From a virus (taxonomy: Duplodnaviria; Caudoviricetes), in IMG/VR virus record IMGVR_UViG_3300030095_003219, positions 1-24,032 of that record: a stretch of 24,032 nucleotides of DNA; one strand, written 5' to 3'. Made by a program: the position numbers and the translations under genes. Shown here in pieces: positions 15,599 to 24,032 of the stretch (position 1 is the first letter of the stretch; every line of letters begins with the position of its first letter). The notes beneath the pieces are model-generated. The model was given only the letters and a program-made list of their open reading frames with translations. It did not search any database and was not told where the DNA came from.

Positions 15599-15850
15599 AT
15601 GGCAAAAATTGTAGATGAACCAGTTCTTCTACGCTATGACACGATTGACGGTAACAAAGTGCCTGTCTATAGTGCCAAAGTAGAGACAACTGTAACAAAT
15701 ACTAAAACAGGACAAGAGTATAGCAGTCACGAAGAAGTGGATGCTGACATAGCCAACCCTGCAACTGAGACTACTGAAGCGGATATCCGCAGAGATGTGC
15801 ATGTTATTGCACCAAATTTATTTAGTGGAGCAGCTACCGGGGATGACTAA
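15599..15850 (+). CDS. Conserved hypothetical phage protein
   Basis: 83-aa acidic ORF (VETTVTNTKTGQEYSS.EE..ADIANP.T.T.E.DIRRDV). TAATG coupling to the next gene. Confidence 0.75.
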   Translation: MAKIVDEPVLLRYDTIDGNKVPVYSAKVETTVTNTKTGQEYSSHEEVDADIANPATETTEADIRRDVHVIAPNLFSGAATGDD

Positions 15851-16731
15851 TGTTAAAAAATATATTTAAATCTGCAAAAAAACTTTTAAAAAATCCTTTA
15901 GTACAATTAGGTATAGGCGCTTTATTACCTGGGTCTAGTTTCGTTGCTGGTATGGCACCTGGTCTTGCTAAGACTGTGCTAAGCAACCCTGCTTTGTTAC
16001 AAGGTGGCATAGGTTTATTATCTGGAGATAAACCAGAAAACGTTGTACGTAACATAGGTATACAAGCGTTACTTGGTGGATTTCAAGGAATGGGTGAAGG
16101 CGGTCCTGGTTTTGTTGAAGGAGCAAAATCTAAATTTAGATCTCAAACTGGTAACGTAGGAAAGTCTTTATCTGAGGGTAATCCATATGAAATGTTTGGC
16201 GGAGCAGGAGGAGCTGGTTCTGGTGGATTAGAAAATTTAATTACTGGAGCACCCGGAAAAATTTTAGATTTTATAATAGAAAATCCTGTTAAAGCAGCAG
16301 AGCTTGGTTTACTAGCTAGTGCTTTTATTCAAGGTCAAGATGATCCAAGATTAAAAGATGTAGATCCAAAAGCGATTGAGGGTTTAGATTTTGGTAATTT
16401 TCAAAAAGGTATGGACGAGGCTAGATTTCAAGCAAGGGGTGGTATAGCTGGTTATGGAGCTGGTGGAGAGAAGATGACTAGCATTGGTATAAATGGTAAT
16501 ACTGGAGAGCCAAGTGGCTTGGTCACCGGACCAGGGACCGGTACAAGTGATTCAATAAGATTTGTAAGTAGTAAGGCTAAAGTGCCCACAGATATAAGTA
16601 ATGGAGAGTTTATAATTACAAAAGAAGCAACAGATAAAATAGGGCCAGAAAACCTATATGCGTTACAGACTGCTTTTGATAAAGACGCAGAAACATTTGA
16701 AGAGGGCCAAGAGAGGATGGCGATGGTATAA
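15850..16731 (+). CDS. Putative internal virion / ejection protein (Gly-rich, GPGTGTSDSI-SNGEF domain)
   Basis: Amphipathic basic N-terminus, Gly-rich hydrophobic stretches, and ARGG/GAGG followed by GPGTGTSDSI...SNGEFII, a motif seen in phage internal and tape-measure-type proteins. Confidence 0.65.
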   Translation: MLKNIFKSAKKLLKNPLVQLGIGALLPGSSFVAGMAPGLAKTVLSNPALLQGGIGLLSGDKPENVVRNIGIQALLGGFQGMGEGGPGFVEGAKSKFRSQTGNVGKSLSEGNPYEMFGGAGGAGSGGLENLITGAPGKILDFIIENPVKAAELGLLASAFIQGQDDPRLKDVDPKAIEGLDFGNFQKGMDEARFQARGGIAGYGAGGEKMTSIGINGNTGEPSGLVTGPGTGTSDSIRFVSSKAKVPTDISNGEFIITKEATDKIGPENLYALQTAFDKDAETFEEGQERMAMV

Positions 16732-17603
16732 TGGCAACACTAGAAGAACTAAGAAATCAATATTACGCAGATCTTTTAAAAAGTGGACAGGATCTAATAA
16801 CTAATCTCCCACCATTACCAAAAGAAACCGTACAACCTATATCTGATGCAGAAAAAGAAGCTCTAAACTTAGCAAGGACAGATATTGCAAATAGACCTGA
16901 CTTTTTAAACATGGGAGTAGGGGCTTTAGGTGGGGCATCACTAACTGCAGCTAACGCAGCTACTGAAGCACAAAAATCAACTGGTGCCTTTGATCCTTCA
17001 AGCACTCAGGCTTTTATGAATCCTTTTCAACAGAATGTCATTGATGAATACACTAAAGAAATGCAGCGTCAGTTTAATATTCAACAAACCGGCAGAGATG
17101 CAAAAGCTGCAGCTGCAGGTGCTTTTGGTGGAAGTAGACAGGGTGTCTTAGATGCAGAAGCAGCAACGGGTTTTCAAAGACAATTAGGTCAAGGTGTAGC
17201 TGGATTATTATCTGGTGGTTTTCAACAAGCACAAAGAGCTGCAATGCAAGCCTTTGAAAATCAACAAAGAAGAGGTCAATTAGCAGCACAAAATTTAGCA
17301 AATATAGGTAGAACTCAAACTGGTATTGGTCAAGTTTTTGGACAGTTTGATCCTATCTCATCGGGAGTAACAGAAAGAGATGTAAGTACATTAGCTAGAA
17401 TAGGTGCTACAGAGAGAGGCATAGGACAGTCTGAAAGAGCAGCAGAGTTTGCAAACTTAATGAGATCTTATAATCAACCATTTACAGCAATGAATTTTCA
17501 ATCTGGCGTTTTAGGGGGCTTTCCATCTTACGCAGAGAGTCAAGCAGCACAGTTATATAATCCATTATTTACAGGTATTAACACATTATTTGGACAAAGT
17601 TAG
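16731..17603 (+). CDS. Putative DNA transfer/ejection protein (Gln/Ala-rich)
   Basis: FMNPFQQNVID and AAAAGAFGGSRQGV motifs in a Q/A/G-rich helical sequence typical of podovirus pilot/ejection proteins. Confidence 0.7.
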   Translation: MATLEELRNQYYADLLKSGQDLITNLPPLPKETVQPISDAEKEALNLARTDIANRPDFLNMGVGALGGASLTAANAATEAQKSTGAFDPSSTQAFMNPFQQNVIDEYTKEMQRQFNIQQTGRDAKAAAAGAFGGSRQGVLDAEAATGFQRQLGQGVAGLLSGGFQQAQRAAMQAFENQQRRGQLAAQNLANIGRTQTGIGQVFGQFDPISSGVTERDVSTLARIGATERGIGQSERAAEFANLMRSYNQPFTAMNFQSGVLGGFPSYAESQAAQLYNPLFTGINTLFGQS

Positions 17604-17606
17604 TCA

Positions 17607-19469
17607 ATGAGTGAATCAGGATTTGACGTACTAAAAGGTTTTCAACCAGAGGGGGGTTCTATTACCTATGAGCCCTATACACCTATTGTGCCTCAGAACA
17701 CACCTATTGAGTATCAACAAGAAAGAGCTGAAAAAGATCAGATCTCTATAGATCAAGCTGCAAGAATACAGCAAGACACAAATTTATTTAATTATTATGC
17801 TAATCAATATGCAGGACAGATGTTACCTGTTATAGATGCAGCAAACTTAAACATGGCTAATTATGCACAAACATTGGGGTTAGGCCAAAGATACAGTCCG
17901 GATGATTTCAAAAAAATTATAGAAGAATCCATAGGTCCAATAGAAGAGGACTCTAAAGGTAGACAATTAACAAGATTTATAACTGATGCTTTTAATGCAA
18001 GAACACCTTACAAAGGAGTTGCAGGTGCTCTAGATATTTATTTACAAACAACAGGTAAAAGAATGGAAAGAGAAGATCAAATAAAAGCAGCAAAATTAGA
18101 GAGAAGATTAATGATCGGTGAGCTAGCAGCTAAACAAGCAGCCGATGCTAATGAAAATATTAAAGCTGTAGAGGCAGATTTTTACTTAAAAAAAATGGGT
18201 TACGATAATGCAAATGCAGAAAAATATTTAGGTTTTACCTCAGATATACTCAAGAAAATAGCTCAAACAAATTTAGACATGGAAGAAGAAAAACTTAAAG
18301 CAAGTTTACACTTTTTAAAAAATCCGTCACAACCAGTTCAAGTTGCTTACACAGGACCCGACGGTAAAGTAGTAGGTCCAATTGCTGCTATGCCCATACA
18401 AACAGAGTTTGGTATTCAGTATAGATTAGGTAGGGTTGATGAACAGGGTAATCAAATATTTGATGTTAAGATACCAGCTGATGAACAGGGTAGATTAAAT
18501 TTATTCTTTCCAAGTAAACAAGGTGCTGCTGAAGATGTTGGCAACTTTAAAAATTTACAATTATCACAATCTAAGGTTAGAGAAGGTTCATCAAACTTAT
18601 TTACACTGCAAAATCAATACAATGATGTGATGAGTATTTTAGATGTTGCAAAGGCAGACCCATCAAAAGTTGGTGTTTCTGGATCAATTAAAAAAGCCAT
18701 ACAAGAAGTAGGAGCCACTACAGAAGCTGTGTTTAATTTACTGGGTAATGAAGCAGGCGTTGGTGGAGCTTATGGAACAGGTCTCGTAGACGAAGGTCAG
18801 ATGCTATTTTCTTTTGACCAAGCTAATCCTGGTGCAATACCTACTGGTGGTACAGTTGATACATCAATAAAAGATGACATTGTACTTACAGATGTGCCTA
18901 CAAAAGTTGGTGGTCTTAATGTACCATTTAAAAAACAAACTAAAGTAGTCCAAGCCTCTTTAAATGACATCGTTCAAACATCATGGTGGGAAGGTCAGGG
19001 ATATGATCCTACTTATGCACAAAACAAAGTGAAAGAAATATTTATTATTTATGGTCTTGCTAGAGCTTTAAAATCTACAGGTCGTTTGAACGTTGATGAT
19101 ATCCAAAGAGCATCCGAGGCTGTATCTATCTATGGATTACAATCACCAGAACAAGCTATTGCTAAATTAGAACAGGTAGCATTAAAATTATCTGACGCAC
19201 AAAAAGCTATTATTAGATCTACACCTGAGGTTCTCGGTACAACACCTGAGGTCAACGAGGTAATTATACCTTTACTTGAAAGATTGAATTTACCAGTTGA
19301 TCCTTATAGACAATATTTTATGGATCCTTCCGCTAGTGGTGCTGTCACTGCTACACAACCTGAGGGAACATTTCCAACTACTATTAACGAAGCTGCAGAG
19401 CAAGGTGTTACAGCCGCACCTGAGGGTTCATTATCATTAAAAGTGGAGGACTTGTTTAGTACATTATAA
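17607..19469 (+). CDS. Putative internal virion protein (620 aa)
   Basis: Long helical ORF within the ejection-protein block, with a YGLARALKSTGRLNVDDIQRA segment. Assigned mainly by synteny. Confidence 0.55.
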   Translation: MSESGFDVLKGFQPEGGSITYEPYTPIVPQNTPIEYQQERAEKDQISIDQAARIQQDTNLFNYYANQYAGQMLPVIDAANLNMANYAQTLGLGQRYSPDDFKKIIEESIGPIEEDSKGRQLTRFITDAFNARTPYKGVAGALDIYLQTTGKRMEREDQIKAAKLERRLMIGELAAKQAADANENIKAVEADFYLKKMGYDNANAEKYLGFTSDILKKIAQTNLDMEEEKLKASLHFLKNPSQPVQVAYTGPDGKVVGPIAAMPIQTEFGIQYRLGRVDEQGNQIFDVKIPADEQGRLNLFFPSKQGAAEDVGNFKNLQLSQSKVREGSSNLFTLQNQYNDVMSILDVAKADPSKVGVSGSIKKAIQEVGATTEAVFNLLGNEAGVGGAYGTGLVDEGQMLFSFDQANPGAIPTGGTVDTSIKDDIVLTDVPTKVGGLNVPFKKQTKVVQASLNDIVQTSWWEGQGYDPTYAQNKVKEIFIIYGLARALKSTGRLNVDDIQRASEAVSIYGLQSPEQAIAKLEQVALKLSDAQKAIIRSTPEVLGTTPEVNEVIIPLLERLNLPVDPYRQYFMDPSASGAVTATQPEGTFPTTINEAAEQGVTAAPEGSLSLKVEDLFSTL

Positions 19470-22192
19470 TGGCACCTTTAAAAGCACAAAATTACATCAC
19501 TCTTATGGAGGGCACGGAGAATCAAAAAAGTTTTTATTTGCAAAATCCAAGTCAACCAACACAATCTGACATTGATAAAATTAAAAAAGCTTATGGTATT
19601 GATCCTAATACAACCTTTGATCAGACAAGAGATTTATTAAATAAAATAGAAGCTGGTGAAATTAAATCACCCCTAGCTAATTTACCGGAGGGACCGGCAG
19701 CGTTTGGTGAATTATATGAAAGGGCTGCAGATGTAGCAGAACGAGCTGAACTTATAAAAGATCCTCTACAATATTATGGTAATACTTTTCTACCAATTGA
19801 TGGACTTATATCAGAGCCATCTTTTAGTGCTTCAGGTGGATTTTTGGGTGTAGCAGCAGCACAATCTGCAAAGTTTGCAGGGACAAAAAATCCTTTTGCA
19901 GTTTTAACTCCTGCTGAATTTTTAGTTGCAGAGGCCGCTGGTTCAGACTTAGGCTCAAAAACTTATCGTTTAGGTAATAATATTATAAGATCTTTAATGG
20001 ATTTACCAGAAGAGGACCTATCTAGTCAGATGAGTCAAGCTTTGTATGACACAGCTTTAAATACTATGTTTACAGGTGGTGCTATGACCATGGCTCCTAT
20101 ATTCAATGCAGGTAAAGCCACGATAGGTAAATATATTTTTGGTGTGTCACCTGATAAAGCTAACTTAGAAAAGATCGCACAGATATCAGAGACTTACGGT
20201 ATGCCTATGGGTTTAATTCAAGCATCAAACATGCCTTTCTGGAAAGGGTATAGTAAAGTTATCGGTGTGTTTCCATGGATTGGTAGTGCATTTAAAAAAC
20301 AAGCACAGGCTGTGGATGAAGGGTCAAGACAATACTTAGGTCAGCTTGCAAACGGTATGGCACCAATGCAAACTATGACAATGTTAGGTGCAGACTTTCA
20401 AAAAATCATGGGAAAAAACTATGAGGCAGTTAGAAACGCTCAACAGTACATGTATGAAAACTTTGAAGAATACGCAAAAAAATTAAAAGGCAAAAAAGTT
20501 ATTAACATATCGGGATTTAAAGATGTAGCAAAAGATACAGCAGCACAATTTAGAGAAGCCATACCGGGAATGCAGGGTTATGGTGAATTTAGGTTCCCAG
20601 GTGATGGTACTAAAAGAGCTTTTGGAACATTCTATGAAACTATGAGTAAGTTGGATGAAAACATAACCTTAGAACAAGCTGTTACCATGAGACAAATGTT
20701 TAATGATTTTATTACAAATTTTAAAACAGAGTTTAAAGGAAAGATACCGAAAGAAGAGGCACAAGCTATTGGTAATTTAGCGTCAAGATTAGAATATGAT
20801 ATTTTAAATTTAAAAAATATAGACAATGCAGTCGATGAAACTGTTTTTAACACTGCTTTAGCAAAACTTGCTGCAGCTAACGAATATTTTGCACACACCA
20901 TGCCAACTTTTGAAGGTGGTGTCGCTTCTAATATGAAGCAAGTCAATGCAAATATATTTGGCCCAGGTCCTGATGTAGAAAGAGGACTAATGTACACTGA
21001 TGAAATGTTTCAAATAATTTTTGGTAGAGCTAAAACAAGTAATGATGCGATGAAGCATTTGATTGAGTTATCTCAAACAACGCCAGATCAAATACGTGCA
21101 TATAAAAAAGCAGGTAACGTAGAAGGTAAAGTAGTGGATCTTGACGTGTTGGTTAAAGACATGGACATAAACTCACCTTCTTACGGAACTATGGTCAAAA
21201 AAACAGTGCCAATCATAAGTGCAGCTCCAGACGCTGGTAGAAAAAAAATTGTAAGAAATTTATTTGACGATGCGATTAAAGCATCCATAGAGGGCTTACC
21301 ACCTGGAGTAAGTGCAACACAATTTATTAATTTAAAAGATGTGGCTCCTGAAGTCATTAGAGCTAAAGGTTTAAAAAAGGCTGCACCAGAACTATTAGAA
21401 TTTAGTGATGTTAGATTTAATCCTTCTAATTTTGCAAAGTCATTAGGTTTAGATACACAACAAGGACAAGAAATATTAGCCACTGCATTAGAGGGCACAG
21501 GTGTATCCGTAAAAGGTGTACAAAGATTTTTAGATGCTGTCAGTCAAGCAAAAAGTTTCGAAATTAATGACTCCTCTACATTCTTACAAAGACGATTAAC
21601 GTTGACTGGATTAAAGGGACTGATGTTATTTGGTGCTGGCACGGGTGCTGCATCAACAGTCAGTGGGCCATTTAGTCCTGTGTTAACAGCATTAGTTTTA
21701 AAATATGGATCTAGTATTTTATCTAACCCTAAATATTTAAAAACATTTACAGAGCTATATGAGAACATGGCAAAGAATCCTGGTGACCTAAATAAAGCTT
21801 TAACAGTATCAAGACGTAATGACATATTGGAATGGGCTTCTACTGTGTTACCAACAGACGCTGAGGTAGAAAGAGAAGAGTTTATAAATAGTATTGATGA
21901 ATCTATATTTAGTTTAATGCAAAAAGGTCAAACTAAAATAGAATCACAAAACGCTAGAGAACAACAATTAAACATGATGTCAGGTAATATAAATAAAGCA
22001 CAACAAAGAGTTACAGGTGAGTTAATGAATAGAATTAATCAAACTCAACAACCTATTAGTTTTGAAGACACAGGACCTTTGTTTGAACCCGCTGCTGGTG
22101 GTGCTCCTATGGCACCTCAAGTTAGAAATCAATTAGCTTTTGGCTCAGTCGATGATGCTATTGCTGCACAAGGAGGTATTGGCGGGTTATGA
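19469..22192 (+). CDS. Large putative internal virion / ejection protein (907 aa)
   Basis: Largest ORF, mostly helical, with hydrophobic Gly/Ala segments near both ends (candidate membrane-inserting helices) and a C-terminal AQGGIGGL. Assigned by synteny. Confidence 0.6.
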   Translation: MAPLKAQNYITLMEGTENQKSFYLQNPSQPTQSDIDKIKKAYGIDPNTTFDQTRDLLNKIEAGEIKSPLANLPEGPAAFGELYERAADVAERAELIKDPLQYYGNTFLPIDGLISEPSFSASGGFLGVAAAQSAKFAGTKNPFAVLTPAEFLVAEAAGSDLGSKTYRLGNNIIRSLMDLPEEDLSSQMSQALYDTALNTMFTGGAMTMAPIFNAGKATIGKYIFGVSPDKANLEKIAQISETYGMPMGLIQASNMPFWKGYSKVIGVFPWIGSAFKKQAQAVDEGSRQYLGQLANGMAPMQTMTMLGADFQKIMGKNYEAVRNAQQYMYENFEEYAKKLKGKKVINISGFKDVAKDTAAQFREAIPGMQGYGEFRFPGDGTKRAFGTFYETMSKLDENITLEQAVTMRQMFNDFITNFKTEFKGKIPKEEAQAIGNLASRLEYDILNLKNIDNAVDETVFNTALAKLAAANEYFAHTMPTFEGGVASNMKQVNANIFGPGPDVERGLMYTDEMFQIIFGRAKTSNDAMKHLIELSQTTPDQIRAYKKAGNVEGKVVDLDVLVKDMDINSPSYGTMVKKTVPIISAAPDAGRKKIVRNLFDDAIKASIEGLPPGVSATQFINLKDVAPEVIRAKGLKKAAPELLEFSDVRFNPSNFAKSLGLDTQQGQEILATALEGTGVSVKGVQRFLDAVSQAKSFEINDSSTFLQRRLTLTGLKGLMLFGAGTGAASTVSGPFSPVLTALVLKYGSSILSNPKYLKTFTELYENMAKNPGDLNKALTVSRRNDILEWASTVLPTDAEVEREEFINSIDESIFSLMQKGQTKIESQNAREQQLNMMSGNINKAQQRVTGELMNRINQTQQPISFEDTGPLFEPAAGGAPMAPQVRNQLAFGSVDDAIAAQGGIGGL

Positions 22193-22731
22193 GCACAGCT
22201 TTACAATTCACTTCTATCTTCGATCCTGCTAACCCACCACAAAAATTATCTAACGGTGGTATGGGTATGAATACTACACCTGTTGCTGCAAGCAAAGCAC
22301 TAGAGGCTAGAGGTATAAAAACACAAGCTATAAAAGATTTAGAAACGCCTCCTCCTGTTTCCGTAGCTGATAAATCAGAGAACTTAGAACCTAGATTTAT
22401 GCCAACTTCTGATAACATTATGAGAAAGTTTGAAGATTTATCTCCACCAGATAAAAAATCAATGGAAGAATTTTTTAATAGGTTACAAATGCAAGAATAT
22501 ATGGAGAGAATGAGACCCAATGAGGATCTTAGGGATGATATGTTAAAAGAAAATTTACAACAAATGTATAATAAAATGTACGGAGAGAGACTACAAGCAA
22601 AAGCCATGAGCCCAGATATGAACATGATTATGAATGCTCAAAACAACATGGGTGGTATTATGTCAGCACCCGTGAAACAAAAAACAGGTCTTGCCGCTTT
22701 GGCGAACATGAACTATATTGATATAGTATGA
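22189..22731 (+). CDS. Met-rich hypothetical protein (possible minor internal protein)
   Basis: ATGA coupling at both ends. LSNGG and NMGG motifs. Confidence 0.7.
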   Translation: MSTALQFTSIFDPANPPQKLSNGGMGMNTTPVAASKALEARGIKTQAIKDLETPPPVSVADKSENLEPRFMPTSDNIMRKFEDLSPPDKKSMEEFFNRLQMQEYMERMRPNEDLRDDMLKENLQQMYNKMYGERLQAKAMSPDMNMIMNAQNNMGGIMSAPVKQKTGLAALANMNYIDIV

Positions 22732-23183
22732 TTGAAATAACAGATAGCCTTCGTGACCAGGTACGTCACCATGAAGGTGTACGCACCACTATGTACCTAG
22801 ACACATTAGGAAAGGCTACGATCGGTATAGGCCACCTTATACTTCCGCATGAAAGAGAAAGATATGCAGAAGGCGTAGAGATTACTATGGAAGAGGTAGA
22901 AGAACTCTTCGATATAGACTTAAACAGAGCAGCAGCGGGAGCTGATGAGCTGATAGCTGAGAAGATTGGACACGATCTACCTCAGGTCATAGGTGAAGTC
23001 TTGGTAAACATGTGCTTTCAACTGGGAAAAAATGGTGTCTCTAAGTTTAAAAACATGTTTAGATGCATGAAAGAAGCTGACTGGGCAGGTGCCGCTTTTC
23101 AGATGAAAGATAGCCGTTGGCATAAACAGACAACAAATAGATGTGAAGAACTTGCATCTATCGTTGCTAATTACAAGGAATAA
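22728..23183 (+). CDS. Phage lysozyme (GH24, T4-lysozyme-like muramidase)
   Basis: E16-x8-D25-x5-T31 catalytic triad spacing as in T4 lysozyme, TIGIGHL, LVNMCFQLG..GV.KF..M and SRWHKQT.NR. Confidence 0.93.
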   Translation: MIEITDSLRDQVRHHEGVRTTMYLDTLGKATIGIGHLILPHERERYAEGVEITMEEVEELFDIDLNRAAAGADELIAEKIGHDLPQVIGEVLVNMCFQLGKNGVSKFKNMFRCMKEADWAGAAFQMKDSRWHKQTTNRCEELASIVANYKE

Positions 23184-23192
23184 GGGTATTAT
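23164..23192 (+). promoter_or_regulatory. Candidate sigma70-type promoter for the last two small genes
   Basis: TTGCTA (23164-23169)-N17-TATTAT (23187-23192). ATG 23198 follows after 5 nt. Confidence 0.45.
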
Positions 23193-23197
23193 AAATT

Positions 23198-23383
23198 ATG
23201 GGTAGACCAAAAACACCAAAAGGCACATTGCCAAAACAAACAGACATATTGTTAGATACTAAAGTGATTGATATGACTACAGAAGTAGAAGTAAAAAATC
23301 CATTTCTACGTGCGTTAGGTCAAAGTCCAAGATATGTAAAATTTGGTCTAAAACAAGCTAAATTAAAACCTAAGGGGGAATAG
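23198..23383 (+). CDS. Small basic hypothetical protein
   Basis: 61-aa ORF, co-oriented and tightly packed with its neighbours. Confidence 0.65.
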   Translation: MGRPKTPKGTLPKQTDILLDTKVIDMTTEVEVKNPFLRALGQSPRYVKFGLKQAKLKPKGE

Positions 23384-23388
23384 TAATA

Positions 23389-23625
23389 ATGGCAAATAGA
23401 AAACTAAGAAAACCACCAGAGGGTAAAAAAGGTAAAGGCTTACGTAAATTACCTAAAAAGGTAAGAAACAAGATGGGCTTTATGAAAGACGGCGGTCTTG
23501 CTGAGGCAACTGCTAAGTTAAAAGCTCAAGGTCTTAAAGATGGTGGCATGAAGATTGTAAGAGGCACAGCTCGTGGTGGCGGTGCAGCTACAAAAGGTTT
23601 AGGATATAACGAAAGACCTAACTAA
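23389..23625 (+). CDS. Small basic protein with repeated KDGG motifs
   Basis: GGGG SD-like element at about 23374-23378. KGLRKLPKKVRNKMGFMKDGG...GLKDGG...ARGGGAATKG. Confidence 0.8.
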   Translation: MANRKLRKPPEGKKGKGLRKLPKKVRNKMGFMKDGGLAEATAKLKAQGLKDGGMKIVRGTARGGGAATKGLGYNERPN

Positions 23626-24031
23626 TCCAAGCCTTAAGCTCATCACCCATAACTTGACTGGCTATGTCAACCTTGTTCTTAAGAGCAAGTAAAATCTTTT
23701 CATCTACTGTACCCTTACAAACAAAGTCAACATACGTTACTTTATTCTTCTGTCCTATTCTGTGTGCACGATCCTCACTTTGTAATCTTATCTCAAGATC
23801 ATAATTGTTTGAAAAGTAGACAACAGTATGAGAGGCAGTAAGAGTAATTCCATATCCACCAGTCTTAGGGTTCGCCACAAGGTATGTAAGATCATGTCCT
23901 TTGTCCTGAAAATTTTTGACAAGATCCATGCGTACTTTATTTTCTGTATCACCATAAAAAGCTGCAGTCGAAGTATCACCGTATTTCTCCTTTAGTTTTG
24001 TTGTTATCGTTTGAATGTTGTGTCGATAGTT
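23618..24031 (-). CDS. SNF2-family (SF2) helicase, C-terminal domain; truncated by the window edge
   Basis: The frame is open from 24031 (NYRHNIQTITTKLKEKYGDTSTAAFYGDTENKVRMDLVKNFQD). Motif V-like TGGYGITLTAS and motif VI QSEDRAHRIGQKNKV, plus TVDEKIL. Confidence 0.92.
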   Translation of the reverse strand, partial: NYRHNIQTITTKLKEKYGDTSTAAFYGDTENKVRMDLVKNFQDKGHDLTYLVANPKTGGYGITLTASHTVVYFSNNYDLEIRLQSEDRAHRIGQKNKVTYVDFVCKGTVDEKILLALKNKVDIASQVMGDELKAWIS

Positions 24032-24032
24032 T

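Noticed and set aside
15850-22192. Tape measure protein assignment for the long helical ORFs
   Set aside because: No tail tube, sheath or chaperone genes were recognised, and the order of nozzle-like gene followed by several internal proteins fits a podovirus ejection set better. This is not formally excluded.
1229-22625. Numerous - strand ORFs in the track (e.g. 1229-1450, 2393-2617, 3302-3589, 3881-4132, 6516-7210, 7306-7524, 13150-13446, 16763-17301, 20632-21825, 22158-22625)
   Set aside because: All lie antisense to well-supported, tightly packed + strand genes and show no recognisable motifs. They are best explained as shadow ORFs.
23788-23979. 63-aa - strand ORF overlapping the helicase
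   Set aside because: It is out of frame within the helicase coding region, which is open to the window edge and carries the conserved motifs.
1-24032. tRNA, rRNA, integrase/att site, transposase or alternative genetic code
   Set aside because: Intergenic gaps are too short (about 50 nt or less) for such RNAs, no such motifs were seen, and genes tile cleanly under the standard code using all three stop codons.

Overview
The window is a densely coding, AT-rich segment of a tailed dsDNA bacteriophage genome. It most likely comes from a podovirus-like phage of the kind common in marine metagenomes; this is inferred from the gene families and their order, and the host cannot be determined from sequence alone. 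Almost everything is on the + strand and reads as the late/morphogenesis region. In order: (1) a 5'-truncated, secreted-type Thr/Pro/Glu-rich protein and small membrane/coiled-coil proteins, 1-2283; (2) very small Lys/Arg-rich proteins and a DUF1415-like protein, 2270-4108; (3) head-tail adaptor-like and tail/tail-fibre genes, 4110-9265; (4) an AT-rich cassette of three 2OG-Fe(II) oxygenases and two glycosyltransferases, 9286-12596; (5) a tail nozzle/stabilisation-like protein, small virion proteins and a fourth oxygenase, 12620-15850; (6) putative internal/ejection proteins, 15850-22731; (7) a T4-type lysozyme and two small basic proteins, 22728-23625. These meet the C-terminal end of a convergent SNF2-type helicase on the - strand. 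Five small ORFs absent from the supplied track were found by hand: 2051-2104, 2270-2446, 3008-3115, 3947-4108 and 14446-14619. The most interesting observations are a shared hydrophobic/basic-x-x-G-G motif across six otherwise unrelated small basic and internal proteins, a candidate hydroxylate-then-glycosylate system within the tail genes, and a 17-aa Cys-rich micro-ORF with a perfect Shine-Dalgarno and an in-phase -1 slippery site that could fuse it to the next membrane protein. No rRNA, tRNA, CRISPR array or mobile element was recognised. All family assignments come from motif recognition, not database searches.
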